64,000 nucleotides of DNA from Anthoceros angustus (Eukaryota > Plantae > Anthocerotophyta), in the NCBI GenBank assembly GCA_010909165.1, contig MU008152.1, positions 62,001 to 126,000 on the forward strand, in the 5' to 3' direction. Every line of letters starts with the position of its first letter. Position 1 is the first letter of the stretch. This document shows, one piece after another, positions 1 through 12,200 of the stretch. Made by a program: the position numbers and the translations under genes. The notes under the pieces are model-generated. The model did no database searches and was not told where the DNA came from. It was given only the letters and a program-made list of their open reading frames with translations.

Positions 1-1404
1 TTTGTTCCACAATTGCGTAGTCGTACACTCCGAAAGGGAGGGAAGTGAATGGGTGTGCTAATTCGGTGATGTTCCAGAGGTAATATGCCTCACCAGTGGG
101 CGGCCGCACTGTATTCGGTGTCACATCGATTCTGCGCCTGCCTCACACAAGCTCAATCACTCGTCAGATCCCTCCAAATCCGGAACATTTCAAACGAAGA
201 TGCCAACCGAACTTCAGGGGTGCGCCATTACATACTTGGTTCCTGCTGGGAGAGTGGCGTTTAGCTCGCAAAAATAAACGTAGCCATAGATTCGCTTGAC
301 ACCCGCGAGAATCCCTTTGGAATAGCTGATTCGAGGACCTGTAAGCGCAGACTGCATGACACGGCTTGGAGGCAAGTCGGCTGCAAGGTTATTCTCAATC
401 TTCTGGTTCGGATAACGTGGTGCATAGATGCTCCTGGTGTTGGAGCCAGGGCTTGCAACCACAGGGTTCCACATTCGATCGTAGTAATCGTGCGGGAACC
501 TGGATGTGAGCAGCAGCCATCAGGACTCAACACCCTGTCACAGCTTGTCAGCAATCTGGAATGAATGTTGGACATTGCAAGCAGGTACCTGAGAGCCCCA
601 CGTTCTTTGGCTCCGAAATTCTCCCTGGCCAGCGTCCTGAGCAGCACGGTGGCGGGCTTCTTGAAACGGTCTACGTAAGTCCCATTCGCCTGCGGCCGAA
701 GCTCCAATGCGTTGATGAAAGGAGTGCTGCGGTCGTCTATCCTGATGAGGCAAACGCTCATCCTGGTCCTGGATGTCTCCGTCCCCACGACCACCTCAGT
801 CCAGACGGGGTCATCCATTCCCGTGTCGATGCTCACTTCGGTCCAGACCGTGCTGTCCACGCCCAGCTGCAGGCAGCGGGGTTCGACATTGCTCAGCTTT
901 GATGCCTGGAGCTAGAATTCTGGACGTGCCAAATGTTTGAGAGCATACAGCACCTGAAATCGGATGAAGGCATCGGCAGGATTCGTTTGATTCGTGTAAT
1001 TGCCGAAGTAGAACCAGGCGCGGACGAGGTAGACGGTAGCCGGGAGCACCGAAATTTGGAAGCAATTCTTTCTGGGAGTGGACGATGGCGGGAAGTGGCG
1101 CAAGGTGAGCAAGTGGTGGCTCCGGTTTGCAGCCTGGCTGACGACGGATGCTCTGAGGCCAGTGGAGATGTAGCGCTCGTCGCTGGTGTAGACGAGGGTT
1201 GTGTTGAAGTCACGGGACGTGGAGTTTGCCATAGCGCCGCAGTCGATGTTGATGAAACTCCCTGGATATGGAGACATTCAAGAATTCCAAAAAGCTTGCT
1301 TACAACCTTCAAGAGTAGAAATAAAATTGTATGAGAAGGGTTCGCGACAAACCTCGTGTTCGCTGAGCAAGGAGGGCAGCAACAACCAGAATTAGCTGCC
1401 ACAT
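1..1404 (-). CDS. Malectin-like-domain receptor-like kinase (RLK1), 5' part only; runs off the left edge
   Basis: Signal-peptide exon 1404-1353 (MWQLILVVAALLAQRTR). Next exon SFINIDCG...LRHFP...KNC...[12 protein letters not shown], then DSTVW...SVCLIR...PFINALELR, then FPHDYYDRMW...LPPSRVMQSA. GT-AG introns lie at the same positions as in the paralogs in this window. Confidence 0.9.
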
Positions 1405-2336
1405 TGTTGCAGGCGAAGGAAGAACGGCCTGCAATGTTGCCGAGGCAACTCGAATTCACGTCCGGGGCAGAGAAGGCATGCATGCCTAGGCTGGGATTCG
1501 GATGGCCTGCAGGAGCTGCCGAGCAAATCCTGGTGTGGAAACAGATGACCATTCAAGACTTGAGTCAAAAGCTTACGCGCGGTTGTTTTGTTATTAGTCG
1601 AGGCTGTGACGTTGTGCCATGACGCTGCTAATTCCCGTGTGTTGGAATATCCATCATGAATTTTCCCAATGCGGCCAGTGAGCTTAGATTCCAGGATTCT
1701 CTTCCCCGGTGAGCCTCGAGCCAGACAGACTTCGGTGCAGGTGCTGCCTCTGCTTCTCTGCTTCTTCAGGTGCGTGAGTTTCACTGCATATGTCTTTGGG
1801 ATTTGCAATGTGCAAGCTTATATATATCCCAACTTTGCAATGTTCCTCTACATGACTTCTATATCCCTCGGTTTCTCTCTGTCTTGGAATCCAGCATCCG
1901 CGCTTTCTATCCGCCATTGGTGAACGAGACTGTTTGGCTTGCCGTGTTCGAGATCCTCTGGTTTCGGGTCTTCAGCACCAATGATCCGTTAATTCAGGAC
2001 GGCTGGAAGACACTCAAAGGTTGTTTCTGTCTCAAATTGATTACGGTCCAGCCTTGTCCCATTTACCATCCCTCTAGGGTTTCACGGTCCCCAGAACCTG
2101 CCAGTCCTCTTACACCAACATAATCAGGAGACTTTATTGTGAAGAAGAGATGGGAAACCCATCTTACACCAACATCGTGGTGTGACATACCCTGATGAAT
2201 AAAATTCAAGCACACATACCTAGGTGATGTAGTGTAGAATGAAATTGAATGATAGAGTGAGCTTGCTTAAAGTAAGATAATCAAGAAAAGTAGGTTGGGT
2301 TTGCCCCACTTATCATTTGTCTTGCTCAATAAAAAT

Positions 2337-2795
2337 GGGAGGGATTTTATTGAGGTGAAAAAAATGATGGGAAGAGCCCATCCAGGAGGGACAACCAAAA
2401 GGGACCCGGGGGTCGAGGTGGAGAGGAGCGACTGAGCTCCCTACCTAAAGTCACCTACTGTACCCACAATGTCATATGCAGGAAGAATAAAACGGCCTGC
2501 AAACCATGGAGGTAGAGGAAGATGAGTCACCTACTTGTCGCCGCCTTGTGGAGGATCGCTGTTGAGAGCGCTCGTTGAAGGGCAATTGAAACCCGTTGTC
2601 GGAAGTATGCTGTGAAGTACGAGAGGGATAGCCCCGCAACGTGTCTGCGTGCATGGTAAGCTTTAGCACAGGACTTGACAAATTTGTCAAAGTCCTCAGC
2701 CATTTCCCTATATGTTTCTAGTGCAAGCGGAATAAAGAGGTGGCCCGCTTGCATCCCCTATATTTGCGAACCTTGAGAGCCGCTGCTCTAGCGAG
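2337..2795 (-). mobile_element. 5'-truncated CRE-like non-LTR retrotransposon tail (family A)
   Basis: Encodes ALKVRKY.GMQAGHLFIPLALETY...FRQRVSIALQRALSTAIL, the C-terminus of a restriction-like endonuclease. The 3' UTR is about 90% identical by eye to 37925-38060. Confidence 0.85.
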
Positions 2796-3059
2796 ACCGG
2801 GGACAAAACGACCCCAGCCTTTACCGGACATACGAAGTGTGAGCTCCGTATGGCGAACCCCAAAAGGCCGGCCAAAGAGCGCTACCTAGAGGGACTGCAA
2901 CCCAAAAAACCATTGCCGACCCACCAAACTAGCGCCCGCACCTGCAACTCACAACCAAAAGCTGGGGGCAGGATTCCCCCAGCTGGCGGAAAGAAACTCA
3001 ACAAAATCAAGGAAAAATAAATTCCTACCGCCACTGCATCAACACACGCACGGCTCACC

Positions 3060-3545
3060 TGGCGGGCCGCCTCTGGGCCGTGAGCAAGGAGGGCAGCGGG
3101 GCCCTGCACCATCTACGACTCAGTGCCGTGCCACCTACCTCCACACACCAAAGCCCGGCCTCCGCCCACGGAAGGCTACATGGCGCCCGCCGTCCCGGGC
3201 AGCCCGGCCTCGCGCCGGGCCGCACCCAAAGCTGCCTCCGCCCACGGAAGGCTACATGGCGCCCGCCCGCCTCGCTCCTCCTCACAGCACCGCCACGCTC
3301 CGCACACCGCAACGCGCCCACTCATGCGCCTGCGCCACCTCCTGCGCACGCGCCCACTCTGCGCCTGCGCCACCTCCTGCGCACCGCGCCCGGGCCCGCT
3401 CCTAGTCCCGCGCACACCGTTCGCTCCCGCGCACCGCCCGTGCCACCTCCAGCGCATCGCGCCCGCGTCCACTACCACGCACCACCCGCGCCCACTCATG
3501 CGCCCGCGTCCGCTTCCGCGCACTGCCCGCGGCACCTCAAGGGCC
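3060..3545. repeat. GC-rich imperfect tandem repeats, probably TE-derived
   Basis: cccacggaaggctacatggcgcccgcc occurs twice (~3164, ~3241). cgcccactcatgcgcc/gcgccacctcctgcgcac motifs recur. Confidence 0.6.
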
Positions 3546-3669
3546 CCATCGATCCTGAACTCCCATTTATCCTTCATTTTGAAACTAAATCAATTTCATT
3601 TCCAAAATGATTCAGATCTACAATAGTTCGGTATAGAGAGGATTGATAAGGATGAGCCTATTAGAGAAT

Positions 3670-3850
3670 GTGGAGACTCAATAAAATAAGCACAAATGGG
3701 AAGTCCCATCTATAACGAGGCAGTGGAGAATAACCCACAAAAAGCCCCCCAAGCAAAAAAGGGAATACCCCACGAGTGTCTACCCTGGGATAGGGAAGGA
3801 CCGACTTACCACAGGAGCTGAAGATGCAGCATCTCCTGCATTCAAAGTCG
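3670..3850 (-). mobile_element. CRE-like retroelement 3' tail (family B)
   Basis: The reverse complement reads ggtaagtcggtccttccct...gggttattc...tagatgggacttccc...ttttattgagtctccac. This matches tails at 52675-52839 and 53820-54070. Confidence 0.65.
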
Positions 3851-5563
3851 TCCTAAAAATAGCGATGGCAAAAACAACATATATACTATAGAATATCCTA
3901 GTCCATTAAAAAATGATAATATATATATAAATAAATAAATAAATTAAATTACTCATAATCCTTGGATTCCCAATCCAAAGCGAATCACAACCGCAGTTTT
4001 AGGCTTACTCCAAGTAATCAGTCATCAAGAACCCAACCATTCTAACTTTGCATATATCCATTTTATTGATCCCTACGCTCAGTAGGGAGCGGGGGGGAGC
4101 GGGAGCGGGAGCGGGAGCAGGCGGCGCGGACGGGCGGTGCGGGACTGGGAGCGGGCGGGCGAGCGTTGTGGCGCGATAGCGGGCGGGCGGTCCGGTGCTC
4201 GAGCCAGACGCGGGCGCGGGACCAGATATTCAGCATTTCAAGGCTGCTCAGGACAAGGACTGCAAGCAGAACTTTCTGCTTGCATTCTTCTTGCTAAGAA
4301 AGAGACTGGGTGCGTGTGCCTTTGCCATCCACCTTACACACCATGCGCCAGTGGCTTAACACCATGGATTAGGGGGCTGGCCAAGTTGCCGGTCTGCCCG
4401 AGCTTGTTGCCACCAGAAGTTTTAAGTTGGGAGGTCTCTGGACCTTGGGCCAGCGCTGGGTTTTCCCACTTTTTTTTACCCCTCCTCTTGTGTAGGACTT
4501 CGCTGTTCATTCTATTATATCTAAAAAGTTCAAAATTACCATAAAGCAAGAAATTTATATGAAAATAAGTTTTAATATGTTTATATATGTATAATAAATG
4601 TAAATATTAAAAATTATATATATTTATAATAAATAAATTGAAACTTTATCAACTAAACCTTGAACAAATATAACCAAGTGAAATAAAACTGGATTGACAT
4701 GAGTTCATCGGAACTCCACAATCAAACGGGGTAGCCTCATTTATGGCCTTACCAAGTGAAACCGAGGTATCCCCATCCCAATCCCTGTTTCATGACCTTA
4801 GGGATTGCCTTCAGGTGGATCATATGGTATTTCATTCCCTACGAGGATGAGATACTCCAACTCCCTATTTCATGGCCTACATATCACTTGTTGTAAGATC
4901 ACTTGTTTTAAGATCGTCTTTATATTGTACAATGTGTAGGGTTGCCTATTGAATAGGCCTGTAAGACCACCTATAGATGAATCCCTTGAGTACCTATGGA
5001 TGAATACCTTATGGATGAATACCTTGAGTGCGGCTTGAATGTAATGTTGATATAGTTATAAAGTCTCCAACGTGGATTAGAGCTCCTGCTTACCTACTTC
5101 AGGTCCCCCTTCCTTCAAACACCAAAAGGTTACCCGAGCTAACATGGTTGTATCACACAACGGCCTTTCAAAAAGAGTTGCCTTGCACAAGTATGTCCTA
5201 ACTACTACACAAGTACAAACGCTCTTCTTTTTTAGCGGTCTTGCTACACATGCTCGTAAAATTTCTGGTCGCTTGCTGTCGACCTGATTTTCTGGCACGC
5301 ATGGGTCGGTGGAGAAATTGGGACAACTGGGCCTCCCGGTGCACCGCTAACGCAGGGATGAGACGAGAAAGGGTGACTACGTGTCCATAATTAAATCGAG
5401 CTCATCCCGGCCAGCGAGAAGGAATTCATGACTGTGGCAGAGAACATCCAGTTCGACGAATTCACCGACTCCAGGACTGGAGCTCCAACACCCCGATAAT
5501 GCCCTCCCCACTCGCTGTGGGCGGTGCGCGTCTTGCCCAACGGTTTCTGCAGTCCCTCCGAAA

Positions 5564-7592
5564 ATGACCTGGGGTGCGTCTGGATCCTTTCTGGGACTCT
5601 GTTTCCTTGCCCTGTCGCCGCTTCTGTGCTCCAGAAGCGAAGCTAAGCTTGAAGGACTTGGTGAGCTCTCATTTGGGAGGCTGCAGCTGGACAGTCTGCC
5701 CCTCGGGTTTCTTGTTTTCAAGTTGTACAACTCTGCTTGGGAGTTTGAGGCGCTACAGGAGGAAATCCGGATATTGCAGGCCTGCAAGTGCGCATGCCTA
5801 GCCGGATTCCCCAGACTGATGAAAATTTGTCGTGTCTGCAGACAAGCAGCAGCTGCAGCAGTTCGAATTTCAGCCGTGGGAGTTGGCCAAGCTGCCATGG
5901 GTCGGTGGGAGATTTGGGTCGAGGTCGTCCCAGGCGGGATTCGTCCGGAAATTGGTGGCAGACAACTCACCCATCTTGACGTCCCCGGACTGGAGTCGCT
6001 ATGAGTGGGTGAAAGAGACGGTGCGCAGGAGTAGGACCCGAGCTGACCAGATTGGTGCCCTTTACGACACCAGGGCAGGGGCTTTCTGTGCCTGGCTGAA
6101 ATCGAAGGACGTAGCTCCGGGATCCAGCACCGCCGAGTTGGTTAACGAGTTTGCAGCATCCAGTCCGGTCGTCTCGCTGGGCTTTGGCAGCCCAGAGTAC
6201 TACCTCACTCTCAAGGCACGTAAGATTTCACAATTGTCAAGCGCTTTGTGTTCGGCATAATCTGCAATCTGCAGACTAGTACAGCACATGACAGCCTAGG
6301 GCGTTCCGGTTCTAATCGATGTGGGAGCTTGTGTACAGGTTGGGACACCAGCACAAGAAACACTGCTCATCATAGACACTGGAAGCGAGCTGACATGGGT
6401 GGAGTGCAGGCCGTGCAATACGTGCCTGAGCAACATGACTTTCGACCCAACGAAGTCGTCATCTTACTCGGTGGTGTCATGCTCTGATGCCCTCTGCACA
6501 AACCTAACGGGCGCACACTCGGGCTGCGATAAGTCAGTCCAGGAGTGCCAGTTCCAAATTGTGTATGGGGATGGCAGCGCCACTCTTGGGGATGTGGCAA
6601 CGGACGTGGTTGCCACCCAGCCTGATGCCGCTGGAGGTACTCACTTCAAAGCTTTTCTGTCATATACATGTTTCCATAATGTCATCACGTGATCATTGCT
6701 GTACTAGCCTTCAAAAGCGCTCTCAATCCAGCACCAGTGCCTTGCATGCAATCGGCGGCACAACTGACAATGAATCCGGAATGTTGCAGTCACCGAGGGA
6801 GCCTCAGACCAGAAGCTCGTACTGGGATGCGGCCAGTACACACAACCAGGGATGGAGCTGGGAGCATCCGGCCTAATGGGGTTAAACAAAGGGCCTCTCA
6901 GCTTTGCCAGCCAACTGGGCGTCAAGAAATTTTCTTACTGCTTGCCGGACCGCTTTACACAGAACGCAAGTACTAGTCAGGGCTACATCTACTTCGGCGA
7001 TCTACCAGAACAGGTGAACGCCAGCACTGGGCTGGAGTGGGAGCGCACTCCTATGGTCACCAACACCCTTCTGAGTAAAAGTTTCTACTTCCTCGGCGTC
7101 ACAGGCCTCAGTGTGGGGGGCAAGCCGGTGGACATCCCGCAGTCTGCCTGGTCCATCGACAATGTCACGGGGAGGGGAGGTGTGCTCTTGGATTCTGGAA
7201 CTACCATTCAGTTTTTGAGGACGGACGTATATGCCCCGCTCAGGACGGCGCTTGAGGCACAGACGGTGGGGCTGGAGCTCAACAGCTCGGCTGAGGCGGA
7301 GTTGGGCATCGGCCCCTGCTACCACGTTGCTGACGCCTCCAAGTTGTCGTCCTCAGTGCCCAACATCACCGTCCATTTGCAGGGCGGCGTAAATTGGGAG
7401 CTGCCGATTGGCAACTACCTCTGGCCCTTCTCCCGCGAGCGCGCCGTCTACTGCTACGCCTTTATTTCTTCCTCACGCTCCTTTTCGATCTTTGGCAATC
7501 TGTTTCAGCAGAACTTCGTGATCGAGCACGACTTAAGTAGGAGCATGTTCTCCATCTCCGGCGTTACAGACTGTAGTTTGCAGGCGGATTAA
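5564..7592 (+). CDS. Secreted A1 (pepsin-like, nepenthesin/CDR1-type) aspartic protease
   Basis: Exons 5564-5660, 5842-6215, 6339-6636 and 6790-7592 join in frame. Signal peptide, EYYLTLKVGTP, catalytic IIDTGS and LLDSGT, Cys-rich insert, FSYCL, IFGNLFQQNF. Intron 2 requires a GC donor. Confidence 0.92.
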
Positions 7593-7704
7593 CGGTTAGT
7601 GCTGTGTAACATGGTTCTGAAGTGTGAACGCCGTTCACTTTTGGTGTCCCTTTGTTTTCATCCTTTGTCAGATCTTTCGGTATGGGTTTTAGACCTTGCC
7701 GACG

Positions 7705-7830
7705 TCAGATGAAAGCAAGGACAGGATTCGTGTGATTCGTGTGATTGTCGAAGCTGATGAAAATCCCTGGACATGGAGGGTGCAGGCATTCAAGAATTTC
7801 TAGAAAGCTTAAGCTTGGTTCAAAATTTAG
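7705..7830 (-). pseudogene. Deleted remnant of malectin-RLK exon 2 (paralog of RLK1)
   Basis: gacaggattcgtgtgattcgtgtgattgtcgaag matches 975-1008 and is joined directly to tgatgaaatccctggacatggag...cattcaagaattt, which matches 1250-1290. About 250 bp between them are missing. Confidence 0.7.
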
Positions 7831-8029
7831 GAGTGGATACCCATCGCCCGGCACTGACAGCCTGCAAGCTCCTTACGCTGAGGAGTTCTTATCTCAACAT
7901 AGCTCTAGCTCTAGGATATTCTAGGTTCATTGAGAAGAGGAGTTGCAAACAGCGCCTTGGACAAATCAGTATTGTTACATATGCTCTTGTGATTCCCCGC
8001 TGCTTGCTTATGCATCAGGCACGCATTAG

Positions 8030-8805
8030 GCACTGGACAACTGGTTGTAGCGGTGCACGCAGACGCAAGGATGAGAAAGGGGCATTTACGTGTCCATGAT
8101 TAGTCGAGCTCATCGCTCACCCCGGCCTGTTGCTGGAACACAGAAGCGAGGCTAAGCTTGAAGGACTTGGTGAGCTCTCATTTGACAGAGGACCTCTCAG
8201 CTTTGTTTCCCAGCTGGACGCCAAGCAGTTTTCCTACTGCCTGCCGGACCGCTTTGCGCAGAATGCAAGCCAGGGTTACATCTACTTCGGCAATCTACCA
8301 GAACCGGTGAGCGCCAGCACTGGGCTGGAGTGGGAGCGCACTCCTATGGTCACCAACACCCTTCTGAGTAAAAGTTTCTACTTCCTCGGCGTCACAGGCC
8401 TTAGTGTGGGGGGCAAGCCGGTGGACATCGGGCAGTCTGCCTGGTCCATCGACACTGTCACGGGATCGGAGGGTGTGCTCCTCGATTCTGGCACGACTAT
8501 CCAGTTTCTGAGGACAGACGTGTATGGCCCGCTCAGGACCGCGCTTGAGGCACATACGGAGGGACGCACGCCCAACAGCTCGGCTGAAGCGGAGTTGGGC
8601 ATTGGCCCCTGCTACCATGTTCCGGCAACTACCTGTGGCCCTTTTCACTCTAGCGTGCCGTCTTCTGCTACGCCTTCTTCCTTGGTCACGCTCCTTCTCC
8701 ATCTTTGGAAATTTGTTTCAGCAGAACTTCGTGATCGAGCACGACTTGAGTAGGAGCATGTTCTCCATCTCCGGCCTTACAGACTGCAGTCTGCAGGCGG
8801 ATTAA
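8030..8805 (+). pseudogene. Aspartic protease pseudogene, internally deleted duplicate of 5564-7592
   Basis: Retains the upstream motif and the SEAKLEGL exon end. It then jumps about 1.2 kb to GPLSF...FSYCL...LLDSGT, lacking the ATG and the DTG lobe. A second ~80-bp deletion causes a frameshift. The terminal gcaggcggattaacggtt is identical. Confidence 0.9.
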
Positions 8806-9229
8806 CGGTTTCTCAGTGCTACAAATTTGAGATGTACAGGAGTGTGGTGTTTATGGTTCTACAGTTGTGCAGCGTGAATGCTGTCCCCGGAGAGCTCTGA
8901 GCCTGTGAGGAACAGAGGGCTTTGAGATTCTTAACGAATGATGTGGCAACGGATGAAGACCAGGGTCAAATCTGGCTTTGGTTGTTTACCAAGGAAGAGA
9001 CCGTGACGTAGTCATGAACAACGTTTGGATTGGAATTTCAAGGCTGAAGTTTCCCAATGCGAGCAGTGAGCTTTTCGAGCCTGCAGATTCCTAATTTCCT
9101 CACCTGATTTCAACGGCCACGGGCCCAACCGGCTGTGCAACAGCTGCTGGGACTGCATGTCCGGCTGCAGCTTGATTTTGTCTTGGGCTCGTCGGGAAAT
9201 CCTGCGTGGTATGAAATGCACACGACACA

Positions 9230-12200
9230 ATGTGGTGGCCTCTGCTATCTCTTGTAGCAGCAGCTCTTGCCTTGGAGAGTTCGCAATCCATCTGTGCTCA
9301 GCAAGGTGACAATGCAATCGTAGAAAGCCGTCGTCCCAAGCAGAGCTGCAGAAGTAGACCTGTGTACAGAAGAGCTTGTAAGTTGTATTACGTACTGGAT
9401 GCTGACGGAATTCATGTCTCTCCACAGTGCTTGGGAACAGGGAATTTCTGAGCTTGGACTGCGGCGGAAACAACAGCAATGGCTTCATCGACGACAACTT
9501 GCCTGACATACGATGGCAAGCAGACAGCGATTTTGTGCCCACGGGGAGTGTCGGCAAGGTAGCAGATGCCACACAAGTGTCAGCTCAGTTTCAGAGCGTG
9601 AGGTACTTTCCAGCAACCTCATCGCCAACCAAGAATTGCTTTCTTCTGCCGACCACTCCGCCCAACAACTATCTCATCAGAGCTGGCTTCCTATACGGGA
9701 ACTACGATGGGCAGGAATCCTCCGACATTCACTTCCAGGTGAGCTCGCCCATCGCCCAGCAGACTGGTCCAGGAGCTGACTCCCGAGTTCCAATGCATGT
9801 TGGGTGCACATGAATCTTCAGCAATCCATCTGCAACGTACTTGCCAGATTTCTCTTGACAGCACGCCGTGGGTGGACGACGTGGCCATCAATGGGCTATT
9901 GGCCACCACCACCAGCACGGTTTCCTACTTCGAGGCCATCACTGCTCCCACTCAAAACTCTACGCTGAGTGTCTGCCTCATCAGAACAGGCCCCTGCACT
10001 CCCTTCATCAACACGCTGGAGCTCAGGCAAATCGGGATAGGGGGTTACACCGGCAGGCTTGGCGACCTACGTGCCAACTTGCGGCTCGTGAGCAGGATCA
10101 ATTTTGGGGAACGGCACGCCCTCTCTCCATTGCGGTGTGCACAATTGGAACCTTCAATACCTTAGTCCTCACCATGTCGCTCAAGAAACACGCTTTCATC
10201 ACTTCAGCGAACGTTGCTGTGGTGCCAGGTACCCTGCTGACCCAGTGGACAGGATATGGCCCTCGGATGTGGATTCACTTCCGGGTGTGGGAGGCATCCC
10301 TGTCACAGCTGGGCCTGGATATTTCAACACCAAACCACTACCCGAAGTCATTCCAGGTGCCATCATGCGGTCAGGCATCATGAGCCCCAAGGTGACCTAC
10401 ACTCGCCCTGTAGAGATCGGAGCAGACATTTTCACCATTTGCGGCTGCCAGGAGCTGAATTCCTCCTTGGGGCCTCTGGACAGGTGACAGGAACCCGTTA
10501 GTCATGTATCGAATGGAAGATTTGTCCGTGTTGGAACTCTCCTGCTTAAAGGCTGTCGTTGAACGATGTGCAGAAGGGTAATCGACATCGAATTTTCGTC
10601 GGGCAGCTTTCAAGATCGTTTTTCTAACCAGTTGCTCCATCCTTACTCGGATTTCACCATCAACGCCTGGGGATACACAGTGGGGGCTCCCACAGGACAA
10701 GGAAACTCTTCCTATTCTGTTACTGTGACAAGAAATCCCAACTCCACACTAGACGCACTTGTGAACATTGACGAGTTGTATTATCTTCAGAGGCACCAGA
10801 GTGGTACAAATCCTGTAGATGGTAGGTTGATTCCAAGGCTTCCTTCTGAAGACCTGCATCTGCGTCATCTGGCAAGTTGTTGTTGTTTTGTCGCAAATGT
10901 TGCCTCCTGTGCCGTGCAGTGCATGCTTTGGCTGTGATCAAACGCACCTTCAACTTCAGCTACTGGGTCGGAGATCCCTGCAAGCCGGTTCCATGGGACG
11001 AGCTTTCCTGCTCAACCTCGGATGGCGCTACAGATGTCAGAGTTACTTCTTTGTGAGTTCACGAGCGAAGCCTGCCTCATGAAGCTTAGAACTCGGCCTT
11101 CAGACTCTGAACGAAGCGGGGATGATAACTTGCTTTGCAGGAACCTGTCAGGGAAATATCTCACGGGCCTTATACCTGTGTCCAACTTTACAGCCCTCAC
11201 TTCCTTGACAACCATGTGAGTAATGTTCCCTGTATGCTTGGCAAGGGAGCTCCAATGCAGACTGCTCATGATACAGTAGTGGATTGACCAGTCTGAGCGT
11301 GGATTCGATGTGCAGCAATTTGAGCAACAACAGTTTTTCAGGACCTCTACCACAAAGTTTACAGAACCTCACGGATTTAACAGTCTTGTATGGCCAGCTC
11401 TGCCATACATGCCCTCATGAGGGACCAGCGGATATTGTGTTGCATTTTCGCTTGAGAATATCTGGTGGTTCCTAGCTGGGGAACCATAACTCACATGAAA
11501 GTACTGCAGGAATTTGGCAAACAACCAACTCACTGGATCGTTGGAACCCTGGCTGCAACATCTCACAAATCTGTCAGTAACAACCTCAGGACTACATCAT
11601 TTGGTGCAGCTGCTTTTTTTGGACACTGTTTCTTTTACTGACGAGTCTTCTAGCACTGACCAAAGAGATGTCTTGAGCAGAGACGTCTCAAACAACCTGC
11701 TGGATGGGACCTTCCCAGCTACCCTCGTCAGCAATTTAGGATCGAAATTCAGGTTGGTGCCCGTTGAGACAATCCTCTAGACTTCGTGTACCAGAGCTTC
11801 CATGGACTAAGATGCGTGTTGTGTCCTACAGGTACTCTGGAAATCCACTTCTACAATGCTACCCGGTAAACAATGCTGTGTGTCCCGTTCCTGGACTCTT
11901 TCCCCCAACCCCGCAGAACACTCAACCCACGAGCCCCCAGTCCAGCAAGTTGAAAATTGTGCCTATTGTGGCCTCTGGCGTTGGTGGAGTTGCCGTAATC
12001 GTTGTCATCGTAGTTGGAGTGACCTTGTGGTACACCAAGATGAGGGACGGCCGATGTGCCACCTTTAATCGCCATAGTGGCTCTTTCAAAAGAGGTATCT
12101 GTTCAAAGACTCTCACACTCTCATCGTCTAAAGTCTGTCAGGAAAATGATGGTGAGTTGCTACACGTCGCTGGGGAAGCAGCTGAGATAGTTTGTAAACC

